64,000 nucleotides of DNA from an uncultured Gemmatimonadales bacterium (GCA_963842945.1 CAWJIM010000019.1:224001-288000), one strand, 5' to 3'. Counted from the stretch's first letter, positions 42,489 to 52,036 are shown. The notes: a model not told the origin generated them from the sequence alone. A program made the numbers and translations.

Positions 42489-43763
42489 AGTGGCTGTGGA
42501 GATCGCTCCGCCGCATATCGCTCACCCGGTGGATCCTCATCTCCATGGTCGTCGGAGTCCTGATCGGCTGGCTGAATCCCGAGTCTGGGTACCAGCCTGA
42601 GGCCGCTCTCAACCGTTTTCCTCCGGATGATCAAGTCGGTGGTGGTGCCGATCATCTTCGGCAGCCTGGTGATCGGCATCGCCGGCCACGGCGACGACAT
42701 GAAGCGGGTCGGCCGCCTGGCGCTCAAATCCATCATCTATTTCGAGATCATCACGACGCTGGCCCTGATAGTGGGCCTGGCGACGGTCAACCTGACCCGG
42801 CCTGGGGTCGGGGTGCAGCTCACCGCTTCGGCCAGCGAGGGACAAGAGCTGGCGCAGAAGACGCCGTCGTTTGCCGGATTCCTCGAGCACATCGTGCCCC
42901 AGAGCTTCTTCGAGGCCGCGGCCAACAACGAAGTGCTCCAGATCGTCTTCTTCTCCATCATCTTCGCCGTGGCGCTCTCGCAGGTGAGGAACGGCCCCAA
43001 GCAGGCCATGCTCGGCTTCTGCGAGGGGCTGGCGGAAACGATGTTCAAGTTCACCGGGATCGTGATGAAGTACGCCCCGATCGGTGTCGGAGCGGCGATC
43101 GCGTTCACCGTTGGGCACAGCGGCCTCGGCGTCCTGCTCAGTCTGGGAAAGCTGGTTCTTACGCTCTATCTGGCACTGGTCATCTTCATCCTGGTTGCGC
43201 TGGTGCCGGCGGCGCTGATTGCCCGGGTGCCCATCAGGCGGTTCGTCGAGCTGGTCAAGGAGCCCGCGCTGATCGCCTTCGCTACCACGTCCTCCGAGGC
43301 GGCGTTGCCCAAGGCCATGGAGAACATGGAGCTGCTGGGCGTGCCTCGCCGCATCGTCGCGTTCGTCATCCCTACCGGCTACTCGTTCAATCTGGACGGT
43401 TCGACGCTCTATCTCGCCGTCGCCGCGATCTTCGTGGCCCAGGCTGCCGGGGTGCCTCTCAGCCTCGGGTACCAGGTGATCATCCTTCTGACCCTGATGA
43501 TCACCAGCAAGGGAGTGGCGGGTGTGCCTCGCTCTTCACTGGTGATCCTGGCGGGGACGCTGGCCCACTTCGGACTGCCGTTGGAAGGCGTGGCGGTGAT
43601 TCTCGGGGTCGACACCCTGATGGACATGGGCCGAACCACCATCAATCTGGTGGGCAACTGCCTCGCGTCGGTGGTAATGGCCCGCTGGGAAGGGGAGTTC
43701 CAGCCCCAGCCGGTTCTCGCGTCACCGGCGCCGGTCGTGGCGCGTGAGCGTACCGGCACCTGA
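42485..43763 (+). CDS. Dicarboxylate/amino acid:cation symporter (GltP/DctA family), frameshifted near 42600
   Basis: TTSSEAALP, PTGYSFNLDG, SKGVAGVP and DMGRTTINLVGN. Confidence 0.93.
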
Positions 43764-43780
43764 AGAGTTCTCAAGCATGA

Positions 43781-43810
43781 TCACCACAGAGGCACAAAGC
43801 GACACAAAGG
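43781..43810. repeat. Degenerate CACARAG repeat related to the 13059 element arm
   Basis: TCACCACAGAGGCACAAAGCGACACAAAGG. Confidence 0.45.
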
Positions 43811-43887
43811 CAACGCCATGTGGTTCTCCTTTGAACTTTTGGTATTCGCTAACGTCGTAGGCGCATGACCATCCTCCTAAACCTCAC

Positions 43888-45727
43888 ATGATTCCTCGAT
43901 CCCTTCGTGGACTCGCGGGCAGCGCTACTTCTGGCCGCATCCTCAGCCGCTGCCCAGCAGACCACCCCCATCGCAGCGCACGGCGCCAGCGCGTTCGGCG
44001 CCACTCAGCAATATCCGCTACGAGATCACCTTCGATTCGACCACCGCGCGCAACCGGCTGATCAAGGTGATGATGTCGTTCGACGTGGGGGGCACCGGGC
44101 CGGTGTTGTTGTCGCTCCCGGCCTGGACGCCGGGCGCGTACGAGATCAGCAACTTTGCCCGATGGGTGGTCAACTTTTCGCCGGTGTCGGCCGGCCAGCC
44201 GATTCGCTGGGACAAGCTCGACTACGACACCTGGCGGCTTCAGCCGGCCGGGAGCCGTTCGCTGTCGGTGCGCTTCGATTACATCGCGGATACGCTGGAC
44301 AACGCGATGGCCTGGGCCCGGCCGGATTTCGCGCTCTTCAACGGCACCAATCTGCTGCTGTACCCCGAGGGAGCCGGCTTCGACTTTCCGGCGACAGTCA
44401 CGGTCAAGACCCAGCCCAACTGGACGGTGGCCACGGCAATGAAGCCGGCCCAGGCGCCGCGGTCGTACCAGGAGAGCTCCTATCACGACCTGGTGGATAT
44501 GCCCTTCTTTGTCGGCCGCATGGATTACGACAGCATGCAGGTGGCCGGACACTGGACCCGCCTGGCGACCTATCCCTCCCGGGCCCTGCCGGAGAGTTCG
44601 CGCAAGCAGCTCTGGAGCGAAATCGGCAAGATGATTCCGGCCGAGTCGGCGGTGTTCCGGGAGACGCCGTGGAGCAGCTACAACATCATGATGATCTTCG
44701 ATCCGGCATACGGCGGCGCGAGTGCGTTGGAGCATCAGAGCTCCCATGTCGGCATCTACAACCCGGGCCTGATCGGCAATCCGGTTCTCGCTTCGATCAC
44801 CGCGCATGAGATCTTCCACGCCTGGAACGTCAAGCGGCTCCGGCCGGCGGAGATGGTGCCCTACGACTATCACCAGGCCCAGCCGACACCCTGGCTTTGG
44901 GTCAGCGAGGGGATCACCGACTATTACGCCGACCTCGCCCTGGTCCGCGGTGGCATCATCGACTCCACCCAGTTCATGGGTCTGACGGCGAACAAGGCGA
45001 ACACCGTCGACATGACTCTGCCAACCGCCCTGGAGGACGCCTCGCTATCCACCTGGATCCATCCGGAGGACGGTAGCGGCTACATCTACTATCCCAAGGG
45101 CTCACTCGCCGGGCTGTTGCTGGATATTCAGATCCGGGATGCCAGCGACAACGCCAGATCGCTCGACGATGTCATGCGGCAGCTCTACCAGAACACCTAC
45201 AAGAAGGGCCGCGGCTTCACCGCGGCCGATTTCTGGCCCGAGGTGTCGCGGGCGGCAGGTGGGCGACCCTTCGAAGACTTTGGCGTCCGCTATGTGGACG
45301 GGCGGGACAGCTATCCCTTCGATCGAATCCTTCCGCTGGCCGGGATGCGGGTTGCGCTGGATACGTTGCGGGAGCCCCGGCTCGGCCTGCAGACGTCGGG
45401 GGACTCGAGCGGCATCATCGTAACCGGGCTGGCTCCCGGTGGTGCTGCCCAGGAGGCCGGTGTGCAGGTGGGCGATCGCGTGATCTCGCTGGGCGACCTC
45501 TCGCTGTCAGATCCGGACTTCGGCCCCGCGTTCCGGGCCCGCTTCGGCAAGCAGGACGGAGCTCCCCTGCCAATCAAGGTGCGCCGAGGGGGAGTGACAC
45601 CCTGACCTTGAACAGCAAGGTTCGGCTGGTGGCCCGGGTCGAGCGCCGATTCGAGATCGATCCCTCGGCGTCGGCCAAGGCGGTTCGGATTAGGAATGGG
45701 ATCATGAAGGGAGTTGTCGGCAGGTAG
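43888..45727 (+). CDS. M61-family aminopeptidase with PDZ domain, frameshifts near both ends
   Basis: PAWTPGAY, ALEH, AHEIFHAWNVKRLRP, WVSEGITDYY, YYPKG and C-terminal PDZ GGAAQEAGVQVGD. Confidence 0.9.
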
Positions 45728-45756
45728 TCGGAGACACGAGTAGCGCTCCCCGCCTC

Positions 45757-45997
45757 CTACCCGTCCTCGACCCGAGTCAGGACCCCGCTCCAGGAATTAT
45801 CCCGCTTGTGCCCGCCACGGAACTCGAAGTGGTCGTCAACCAGAATCCGGCGGGTGAATTCCCAGGTGGGTTGCTCGTGAAGCCGGTGTCGAAGCACCAA
45901 CGGCACCAGTTGGGCCGCAACGACCCACACATTCGGCTTCCAGTCCCGGGTAAAGGTGGGCCCATTCCGGCCGCAGCCGCGCTTCCCGCACTGCCAT
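45757..45997 (-). CDS. Small hypothetical protein, frameshifted near 45940
   Basis: Joined frames give MAVREARLRPEWAHLYPGLE...WVVAAQL...RILVDDHFEFRGG. Confidence 0.55.
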
Positions 45998-46106
45998 TTT
46001 CGAAACCGCCCAAGTAGTTGGCAACTGACTAGCATCCTCGCAGTGCGAGTGAGGGCGGTGCTATGGCCTATGTCACAGTTCAGCAGCGATCTTACATTCC
46101 AGCGTC

Positions 46107-46901
46107 ATGCCGATCACCGAAATTGTCCTGACCAGTCTGGGCGACCTGATCGATAAGGTCACGCCAACGGAGCCCGACCCCCGCACCGGCCGCCGTCGCG
46201 ACAGCGGCGTATATCGCGGAGACGGAGACGCCGGCTGGCCCTTGCTCACCAGCCTCGACAAGCTGGGTGGAGTCAATCCGCCGCACACCAAAGCGGATCT
46301 GGAGGAGCACATCGTCCGCAACTTTATCCGCTACTCCCGTCCCTACTTCGCCCAGCCGGCCAGCGACTGGGAGGTGCTGGTTGCGGCGCAACACCACGGG
46401 CTTCCGACCCGTTTGCTGGATTGGACCTACTCACCCCTGGTCGCGGCGCACTTCGCCACCCTCAACAGCGAGCGCCGCTCCGACCGGGTCATCTGGCGGT
46501 TGGACTGGAAGCAGGTGCACCGGCGGTTCAACCTGCCGGAGCTTTCCTTTTTGATTCAGGATTTGGAGGGGACCCTGGGGGAGAACCGTCCGCTCACGCC
46601 CTGGGCGCTCTTTTCCGCACGGGAGAAAACCAAGCCCTTTGCCTGCATGCTCGAGCCCCCGTCGATCAATCCCCGGATTGTGGCGCAATCCGCCACCTTT
46701 ACCCTCTGCTCCGATAAGCGGCAGTCGTTCGACTGTTTCCTGGAGCAGAACGGGGTGGGATCGGCGCTCACCAAGTTCGTGATTCCCGGCCAGGAGACCG
46801 CTCGTTTCCGGGACCAGCTGGATCTGGTCGACGTAGACGAGCGGCGGCTATTTCCTGACCTGGATGGTGTGGCGGCCGAGATGCGGCGGTACTACTCCTG
46901 A
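46107..46901 (+). CDS. FRG domain-containing protein
   Basis: VYRG, AQHHGLPTRLLDWTYSPLVAAHFA, RIVAQSATF and LFPDLDG. Confidence 0.92.
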   Translation: MPITEIVLTSLGDLIDKVTPTEPDPRTGRRRDSGVYRGDGDAGWPLLTSLDKLGGVNPPHTKADLEEHIVRNFIRYSRPYFAQPASDWEVLVAAQHHGLPTRLLDWTYSPLVAAHFATLNSERRSDRVIWRLDWKQVHRRFNLPELSFLIQDLEGTLGENRPLTPWALFSAREKTKPFACMLEPPSINPRIVAQSATFTLCSDKRQSFDCFLEQNGVGSALTKFVIPGQETARFRDQLDLVDVDERRLFPDLDGVAAEMRRYYS

Positions 46902-47278
46902 GGCAGATCGGATTCCGGCGGGCGGTCTCGGCCGGCCAGCCGCGCCTCTGCCCGATCATTGTCGCCGTGGGCCAGCAGAATTTCGAAGTTGTCCACCGGG
47001 GCGGCTACGCTCTTGAGCTGGACGAAGTCACCGGGTGCCCAGCTGGAGGCGACGGGACGCTGGGGTAAGCGGATCTCCCACACACTGCCGTCTTCCAACA
47101 CGACATAGCTCCCGCCATCCACGACCTCTCGCACATACAGGCCGTAGGGCAGGGTGACGCTGTAGCAGTTCCAACTGCAGCCCGGAAGCTGGGGGGCGAC
47201 GTTCTGGGCCTGGGCGGCCGCTCGATGCGGCAAGAACAACACGAGCCCCAGGAGTGGAACTAGGCGAAGCATCTTCAC
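46892..47278 (-). CDS. Secreted hypothetical protein
   Basis: Signal peptide ending AAAQA; VVLEDGSVWEI beta domain. Confidence 0.65.
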   Translation of the reverse strand: MKMLRLVPLLGLVLFLPHRAAAQAQNVAPQLPGCSWNCYSVTLPYGLYVREVVDGGSYVVLEDGSVWEIRLPQRPVASSWAPGDFVQLKSVAAPVDNFEILLAHGDNDRAEARLAGRDRPPESDLPQE

Positions 47279-47350
47279 GGGATTACCCTCAGGAAGGTAG
47301 GTACCACTAGCTTACCTCCGATTTTGCGAGTCCGCAGTGGGGGCGGTTAC

Positions 47351-47413
47351 GGACGGAACGTGAGGAACGTGAGGAACGTGGGGAACGGGCGGACCGGCCT
47401 TTCTCCACGTTCC
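47351..47413. repeat. GTGRGGAAC repeat upstream of rpsD
   Basis: GGACGGAACGTGAGGAACGTGAGGAACGTGGGGAACG ... CCACGTTCC. Confidence 0.75.
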
Positions 47414-47491
47414 TACCCCTTCCCAGAATCGTGTAATGCCAATAGGTTAGTGGGCTATGCTTACTTGGAACCATCCAGAGGAGAAGCTGTC

Positions 47492-48091
47492 GTGAATCGT
47501 AGGGGACCCAAGGTTAAACTGGCCCGCCAACTGGGCATCGCACTCACGCCCAAGGCCGCCAGAGTCATGGAGCGCCGTCCCAATCCGCCGGGGCAACATG
47601 GCGCCTCGCCCCGCCGAAAAGTCAGCGGCTACAAGAAGCAGTTGGTAGAGAAGCAGCGGCTCAGGGCTCAGTACAATGTGAGCGAGCGCCAGCTGCAAAA
47701 CGCCTTTGCCCAGGCCATCCGGCAGACCGGTAACACGGGCGTTCGGCTGCTTCAGCTGCTCGAGCTCAGGCTGGACGCCGTGGTCCTGCGGGCCGGGTTC
47801 GTCCGAACTATCTACGCGGCACGGCAGGCGGTGACGCACGGTCACGTCACTGTCAATGGGCGGAAAGTGGATCGGCCCTCCCGCCGACTCAAGCCGGGAG
47901 ACGTGGTCGCCCTGTCGCAGCGGAGCCGGGATCTCGCAGCATTCACCGCGCCGCTCGAGGTGGCCCGGCCGCCGGCCTATCTCGAGCTGGACAAGGACAA
48001 CCGGCGGGTTCGGATCCGGGAGATCCCCGAGCGGGAGCAGATCCCGGTTCAGTGTGAGGCTTCTCTCGTTATCGAGTACTATTCGCGCTGA
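47492..48091 (+). CDS. rpsD: 30S ribosomal protein S4, stand-alone copy without N-terminal Cys
   Basis: PPGQHG, QLVEKQRLR, LELRLDAVVLRAGF, AARQAVTHGH and LVIEYYSR; GAGGAG RBS. Confidence 0.95.
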   Translation: MNRRGPKVKLARQLGIALTPKAARVMERRPNPPGQHGASPRRKVSGYKKQLVEKQRLRAQYNVSERQLQNAFAQAIRQTGNTGVRLLQLLELRLDAVVLRAGFVRTIYAARQAVTHGHVTVNGRKVDRPSRRLKPGDVVALSQRSRDLAAFTAPLEVARPPAYLELDKDNRRVRIREIPEREQIPVQCEASLVIEYYSR

Positions 48092-48113
48092 CGCGTGAGA
48101 CAGGTGAAAGAGG

Positions 48114-48146
48114 AAAGACCCTTCGGCGGTGCCGGAGGGTCTTTTG
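48114..48146. terminator. Terminator between rpsD and convergent pal
   Basis: AAAGACCCTTCGGC-GGT-GCCGGAGGGTCTTTT. Confidence 0.75.
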
Positions 48147-48200
48147 ACATTCAGCGCTCGGCCTCCTCGTGGGCTAGAGCGTCCGCGACAACCTCACACT

Positions 48201-48740
48201 CTACTGCCGAGCCAGCCGGTCGGTGCTCACCCTGAACTCGTCGCGGCGATTGTGGCCCCACGCCGCCTCGGTCTCACCGGGATCGAGCGGTCGCTCCTCA
48301 CCATAGCCGACGGTCTCCAGTCGGTCTTCCGAGATACCCAGGTTGACCAGAAATCGCTTCGCCGCTGAGGCGCGTCGGTTGCTGAGGGCCAGGTTGTATT
48401 CGTCCGAGCCCCGCTCATCAGCGTGCCCGTCGATTCGGAGCGCCAGGTTGGGGGCAGCACCGAGGATTTCTCCTTTTTTCATTAGGCTTTGGCGGGCGGC
48501 AGGGCTGAGCTCATGTTCGTCGAAGCCAAAGTAGATTCGTTCCTCGAGCGTAGCGAGCAGAGTGCGGTCGAGCACGTCCTCCGGAACCGTCTCCATGCTG
48601 GCAGGCGTGGATGGGATCGTGCTCGAAGGGGATTCCTGGTCTTGGGGCGCCGGGGTTTCGACCTTACTCTGGTGTCCGCAGCCGATGACTAACGCGGCCG
48701 CAGTCACGAGATATCCCGCCTGTCTGATTGATCGATGCAT
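48201..48740 (-). CDS. pal: Peptidoglycan-associated lipoprotein (Pal/OmpA family)
   Basis: VIGC lipobox, IYFGFD, GHADERGSDEYNLALSNRRA, YGEERP and NRRDEF. Confidence 0.88.
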   Translation of the reverse strand: MHRSIRQAGYLVTAAALVIGCGHQSKVETPAPQDQESPSSTIPSTPASMETVPEDVLDRTLLATLEERIYFGFDEHELSPAARQSLMKKGEILGAAPNLALRIDGHADERGSDEYNLALSNRRASAAKRFLVNLGISEDRLETVGYGEERPLDPGETEAAWGHNRRDEFRVSTDRLARQ

Positions 48741-48790
48741 GTGGGAGCCTCCTCATTGTGGTTCGTCCGGTGGGCTCTGCTGCAAGTCGC

Positions 48791-48807
48791 TGCAGCAGCA
48801 GTGCCAA
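48791..48807 (-). promoter_or_regulatory. sigma54-type promoter upstream of pal
   Basis: Minus strand TTGGCACTGCTGCTGCA matches TGGCAC-N5-CTGC, about 50 nt before the ATG. Confidence 0.55.
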
Positions 48808-48921
48808 AAGGGGCAGGAGATTTCTGGCTTGAAGGCGTAAATCACGCCTGAAGTCTCGCGAGTTCGGGTACGTGGCAGGTACCGTGCCTCGAGCGGGCGC
48901 TGACGCCCAACTATCGCCAAC

Positions 48922-48973
48922 AAAAAAGCCTCCAACATGGAGGCCTAAAGGGATTGCGGCTCAGAGAGGCGCC
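48922..48973 (-). repeat. Vestigial outermost tRNA-Cys junction (terminator plus terminal bases of the tRNA)
   Basis: AAAAAAGCCTCCAACATGGAGGCCTAAAGGGATTGCGGCTCAGAGAGGCGCCG is colinear with 49642-49694. Confidence 0.65.
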
Positions 48974-49152
48974 GATCCTTTCTTCATGATCAGCACGATA
49001 GCGCTGTCGTCCCTCACTGCACCATTGTGGTCGTTCCCTGATCGCCTCCAGATGCTCGCCTTTGGGGCGGAGCTGGTCCACCTACCCAGCTCTCTCATCT
49101 CGGCGATCTGGGAGGTCCCTCAGTGAGTTGTGGTCTGCAGGGAAGCGCAGAC

Positions 49153-49353
49153 TTAAGGCAGGGTGGAGCGCCCGATCGTCACCGGACGATCGAAGATTAG
49201 GTTTAGCGCGATCGCCAGCAGGGCCAGATTGGTGCACGCTCTAGAGAAGGCCTCGGCGCCCGTCTGCATAATTGGGCCACTAAAACTGGCCACAACAGCT
49301 AGCACGAAGGCCAGCGCGGCTAGACCTGTGAACGTCCTTGCTAAGGTGTTCAT
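49153..49353 (-). CDS. Small two-TM membrane protein
   Basis: GGAGG RBS; 66 aa with two hydrophobic helices. Confidence 0.65.
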   Translation of the reverse strand: MNTLARTFTGLAALAFVLAVVASFSGPIMQTGAEAFSRACTNLALLAIALNLIFDRPVTIGRSTLP

Positions 49354-49614
49354 CTCGCCTCCTGTCCAAGTGCATGAAGAAGATTCCAACCGCCTCGGAG
49401 TGGCTTCACCATCAACTCCGACGATCCCCAAACCAGGGTGTACACGAGGATGCGACAAGCTATGGCTGCGGCCCGAGCATTTTTTTGCTGGACATGCCTT
49501 TGACCAGGAATCGTGAGCCTGAGTTATCGTGCGGTACGGGACCTGTCAAGCCAGCAGGGAGGGAGGTCGCAAGGTTGGTAGTGGGCCGGGCAAGCTCAGT
49601 TGGTTCCTGGCATT

Positions 49615-49870
49615 TTCTTCCCAAAAACCCTCCCACACAAGAAAAGAGCCTCCGCTCAGGAGGCCCTAAGTGCTTGTGGCTCAGAGAGGCGCCGGTCGGA
49701 ATCGAACCGACGAATGGAGGTTTTGCAGTTCTCCCAAGGCTCTTGCGGGGCTTCCTATACTTCCCGAAGCCGCGACACGGATAGCGATTAGCTCGGCCTA
49801 CTATTGCAACTGATTTGCAATTGTTTGCGTCCTTTTCGGCCAAAACCTTCCCAAAATCTTCCCATCAGGC
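49615..49870 (-). repeat. attP-like junction 1: arm repeats, terminator, tRNA-Cys 3' half (49687-49728), 140-bp arm
   Basis: 42 bp identical to 63858-63899; flanks are colinear with 55298-55547 and 63786-63857. Confidence 0.88.
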
Positions 49871-49921
49871 CTTCCGTACCGGTCAACCGGCCTCGAAGGG
49901 CAAACTCCCACGACTACAAGG

Positions 49922-49948
49922 AGCCCGGGGTATTATCTCGGGCTTTTC
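49922..49948. terminator. Hairpin terminator
   Basis: AGCCCGGGG-TATTA-TCTCGGGCTTTT. Confidence 0.45.
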
Positions 49949-50156
49949 GCATCGGTGGGTTGAGGCGGAGGTGGCCGCGCTCGCATCGAGGTGATCGCCT
50001 GGGCGAGAGAGGAGCGCGAACGCGTGACTGACCATTACGGGAGAACACTGACATGCGGGCAGTTCGCACCCGTGGTACCCAGAGCTGAAGGCAACCCCCA
50101 CGAACAGGTGGAGCACCCGCATGATCGGATTTGCCGCGGTCGGGAAAGTCAGGCTT

Positions 50157-50931
50157 CTATTCGGAGGGTCTGATCGAGCTAACAGCGGGGCTGGGTACAT
50201 GCACGGTCAAACTGGCGACAACGTTCCGTGCGGTTACGGTAACTGGGCATCCCCCGGCGCCTGACCTTCCATCCACATCGCCCTCGAGTTATCCCAACAC
50301 TGTGGCCAGAGCCTCGTGTAGGGGCAACCGACCTGCGCATAGACGATTCCGGATGGGCTCGAGTTAATGAGGAGAGGGAGCCCGTAGACCGGGACCCCGC
50401 TCCGGAGAGCCACCAGCCTGAAGGCTACATAGGCTTCGACACCCAGATCGACCGAGGTCACGTTCTGCGAGGAGTTGTCCATGCTGGCAATATCTGGATC
50501 GCATCCAGCGGAAGCGGTTCGCTGTTCACCTCGATGTGGACCAACCGGGTCACCGTGTCGGCACGGACAGTCAGCTCTGCGGTGCCGGGCGCGTGGGCAA
50601 CCAGAGTCACGCTGGCAGGCGCGCTTACCTGCTGCTCGGCCGGTCCGACCACGGCTGGATTGGACGAATGGATATGCACGACCGCAGTAGTCGGGCACCA
50701 TCGATAGCCGATCGGGCAGCCGTAATAAGTCCGGGGCTCGATCTCGGCTGACGCAATCTCACCCACCAGCATGAGACTCTTCTCGGCGGTCCACTCGGAG
50801 CTCTTCACCACCACGGAAATCTCGTCGAGGGGGGTCGACGGTTCGGTGCCAGAATTGCCGCCGCAGCCGATCGACAGCCCAGCCGCCAAGGCCAGCGCCA
50901 TGCAATCCCGAGTGCTTATTACTTTGCTCAT
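50157..50931 (-). CDS. Ig-like (Big_2-type) lipoprotein, paralogue A, two single-G frameshifts
   Basis: LSIGC lipobox, SSNPAVV and PGTAELTV; aligns end to end with 52037..52813 once frameshifts near 50480 and 50242 are corrected. Confidence 0.75.
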
Positions 50932-50964
50932 TAACCACCCCCTCACGTACGACGAGTGTTCCGC

Positions 50965-51100
50965 CTACGTCGGCAGCTTCCGGATCCGCTGCAGCTTCGG
51001 CTCAGTCCAGTACACGTACTGACCGTCCACCGCCACACTCGATGGCGAGAACACGTCCATCTCGCCGGAGAACCTGAAGAGCTGCGTGTAGTCCCATGGT
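50965..51100 (-). pseudogene. C-terminal fragment of a YWTD-like beta-propeller protein
   Basis: Minus frame reads WDYTQLFRFSGEMDVFSPSSVAVDGQYVYWTEPKLQRIRKLPT-stop, with an in-frame stop upstream near 51149. Confidence 0.5.
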
Positions 51101-51166
51101 CCAAGGGACGATCTTATCGGCCTTGCCGAGCGAGACAGATTGATCTCCTACCATTGGAGGTGCTCA

Positions 51167-51556
51167 TCAGCAGTACCCATCGCAGGTACCTCTCGTGGCA
51201 ACGAAAGCAAAGAGCCACAAGCCTCCGATCAGGCCGACAGTCGACACCGCGTCTTTTTTGCGCACAGCGAGGTGCACAGCGTCGGCTGTAGCGACGCGCA
51301 TCTGGTGATCCCCGGACTGGCCCACCAAGGTGTCTTCCACCAACTCAGGTTGGCTGAGGACCACTTTCGAGCTGTCGGCCAGAGTGATCCGGATCTTGGC
51401 CGGATGCTCGTTCGCAAGGAGTTGCTGTGAAGGGAGAGTGGAGACCTTCCAACTGGAACAAGCGGGGAGGCATGCCACCAAGAAGACCCAAGCAATCGAC
51501 CGGGGCTGGCTGCGGAACGACATAAGCCCTTTCAATCGATTTGTGATGGCGACCAT
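51167..51556 (-). CDS. Hypothetical lipoprotein with C-terminal TM segment
   Basis: LPAC lipobox and hydrophobic C-terminus. Confidence 0.65.
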   Translation of the reverse strand: MVAITNRLKGLMSFRSQPRSIAWVFLVACLPACSSWKVSTLPSQQLLANEHPAKIRITLADSSKVVLSQPELVEDTLVGQSGDHQMRVATADAVHLAVRKKDAVSTVGLIGGLWLFAFVATRGTCDGYC

Positions 51557-52036
51557 GGCCAGGAAGATCCGAGCAACGAATCAAGGGCCAGTCAAGTCGA
51601 GCACCGTGCCTCGAGCAAGCGGTGTGCCTTGAGAATGCTTCCTGCTGAGCTCACGCTCACGCGTCCCAGGTTGACCGTTTGCGCAAGCTGGAGTGTTCGC
51701 AGAACGCGGTGATAGCACCCGGAATTACCGCGGACTGCGAGTCTTGACGACCATCGTATGTTCTTCCTACGCGCACATTCGCCGAGAATCTTCGTCTGCG
51801 GGTGCAGTGATCCCCCCAGTAGTCACCCTCACATAGCTTGGTCTAGATCCCGTGAAGTGCGATGAGTTGTGGCGCTTGACCCGCACTTGAGGGCCGCGTG
51901 TTAGCGATGGGGCAGTTGACCACCGAATCAACTCGAGGAGGGGAGCCATGAACCGGTACCTCGTTCAGCTCCAAAAGTCTGTCATGCCGTGCAAGGACTG
52001 CCTGCGCACGCCGTCTTGCGTTAAGGGAGGTCGTTA

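Noticed and set aside
1500..45610. Programmed frameshifting or phase variation in the broken genes
   Set aside because: Breaks are too many, hit core enzymes, and lack long homopolymers or slippery heptamers.
14516..47413. CRISPR arrays
   Set aside because: Units are 7-9 nt, contiguous and imperfect, with no unique spacers and no cas genes.
47420..47470. Zur box upstream of rpsD
   Set aside because: AT-richer stretch, but no convincing palindrome.
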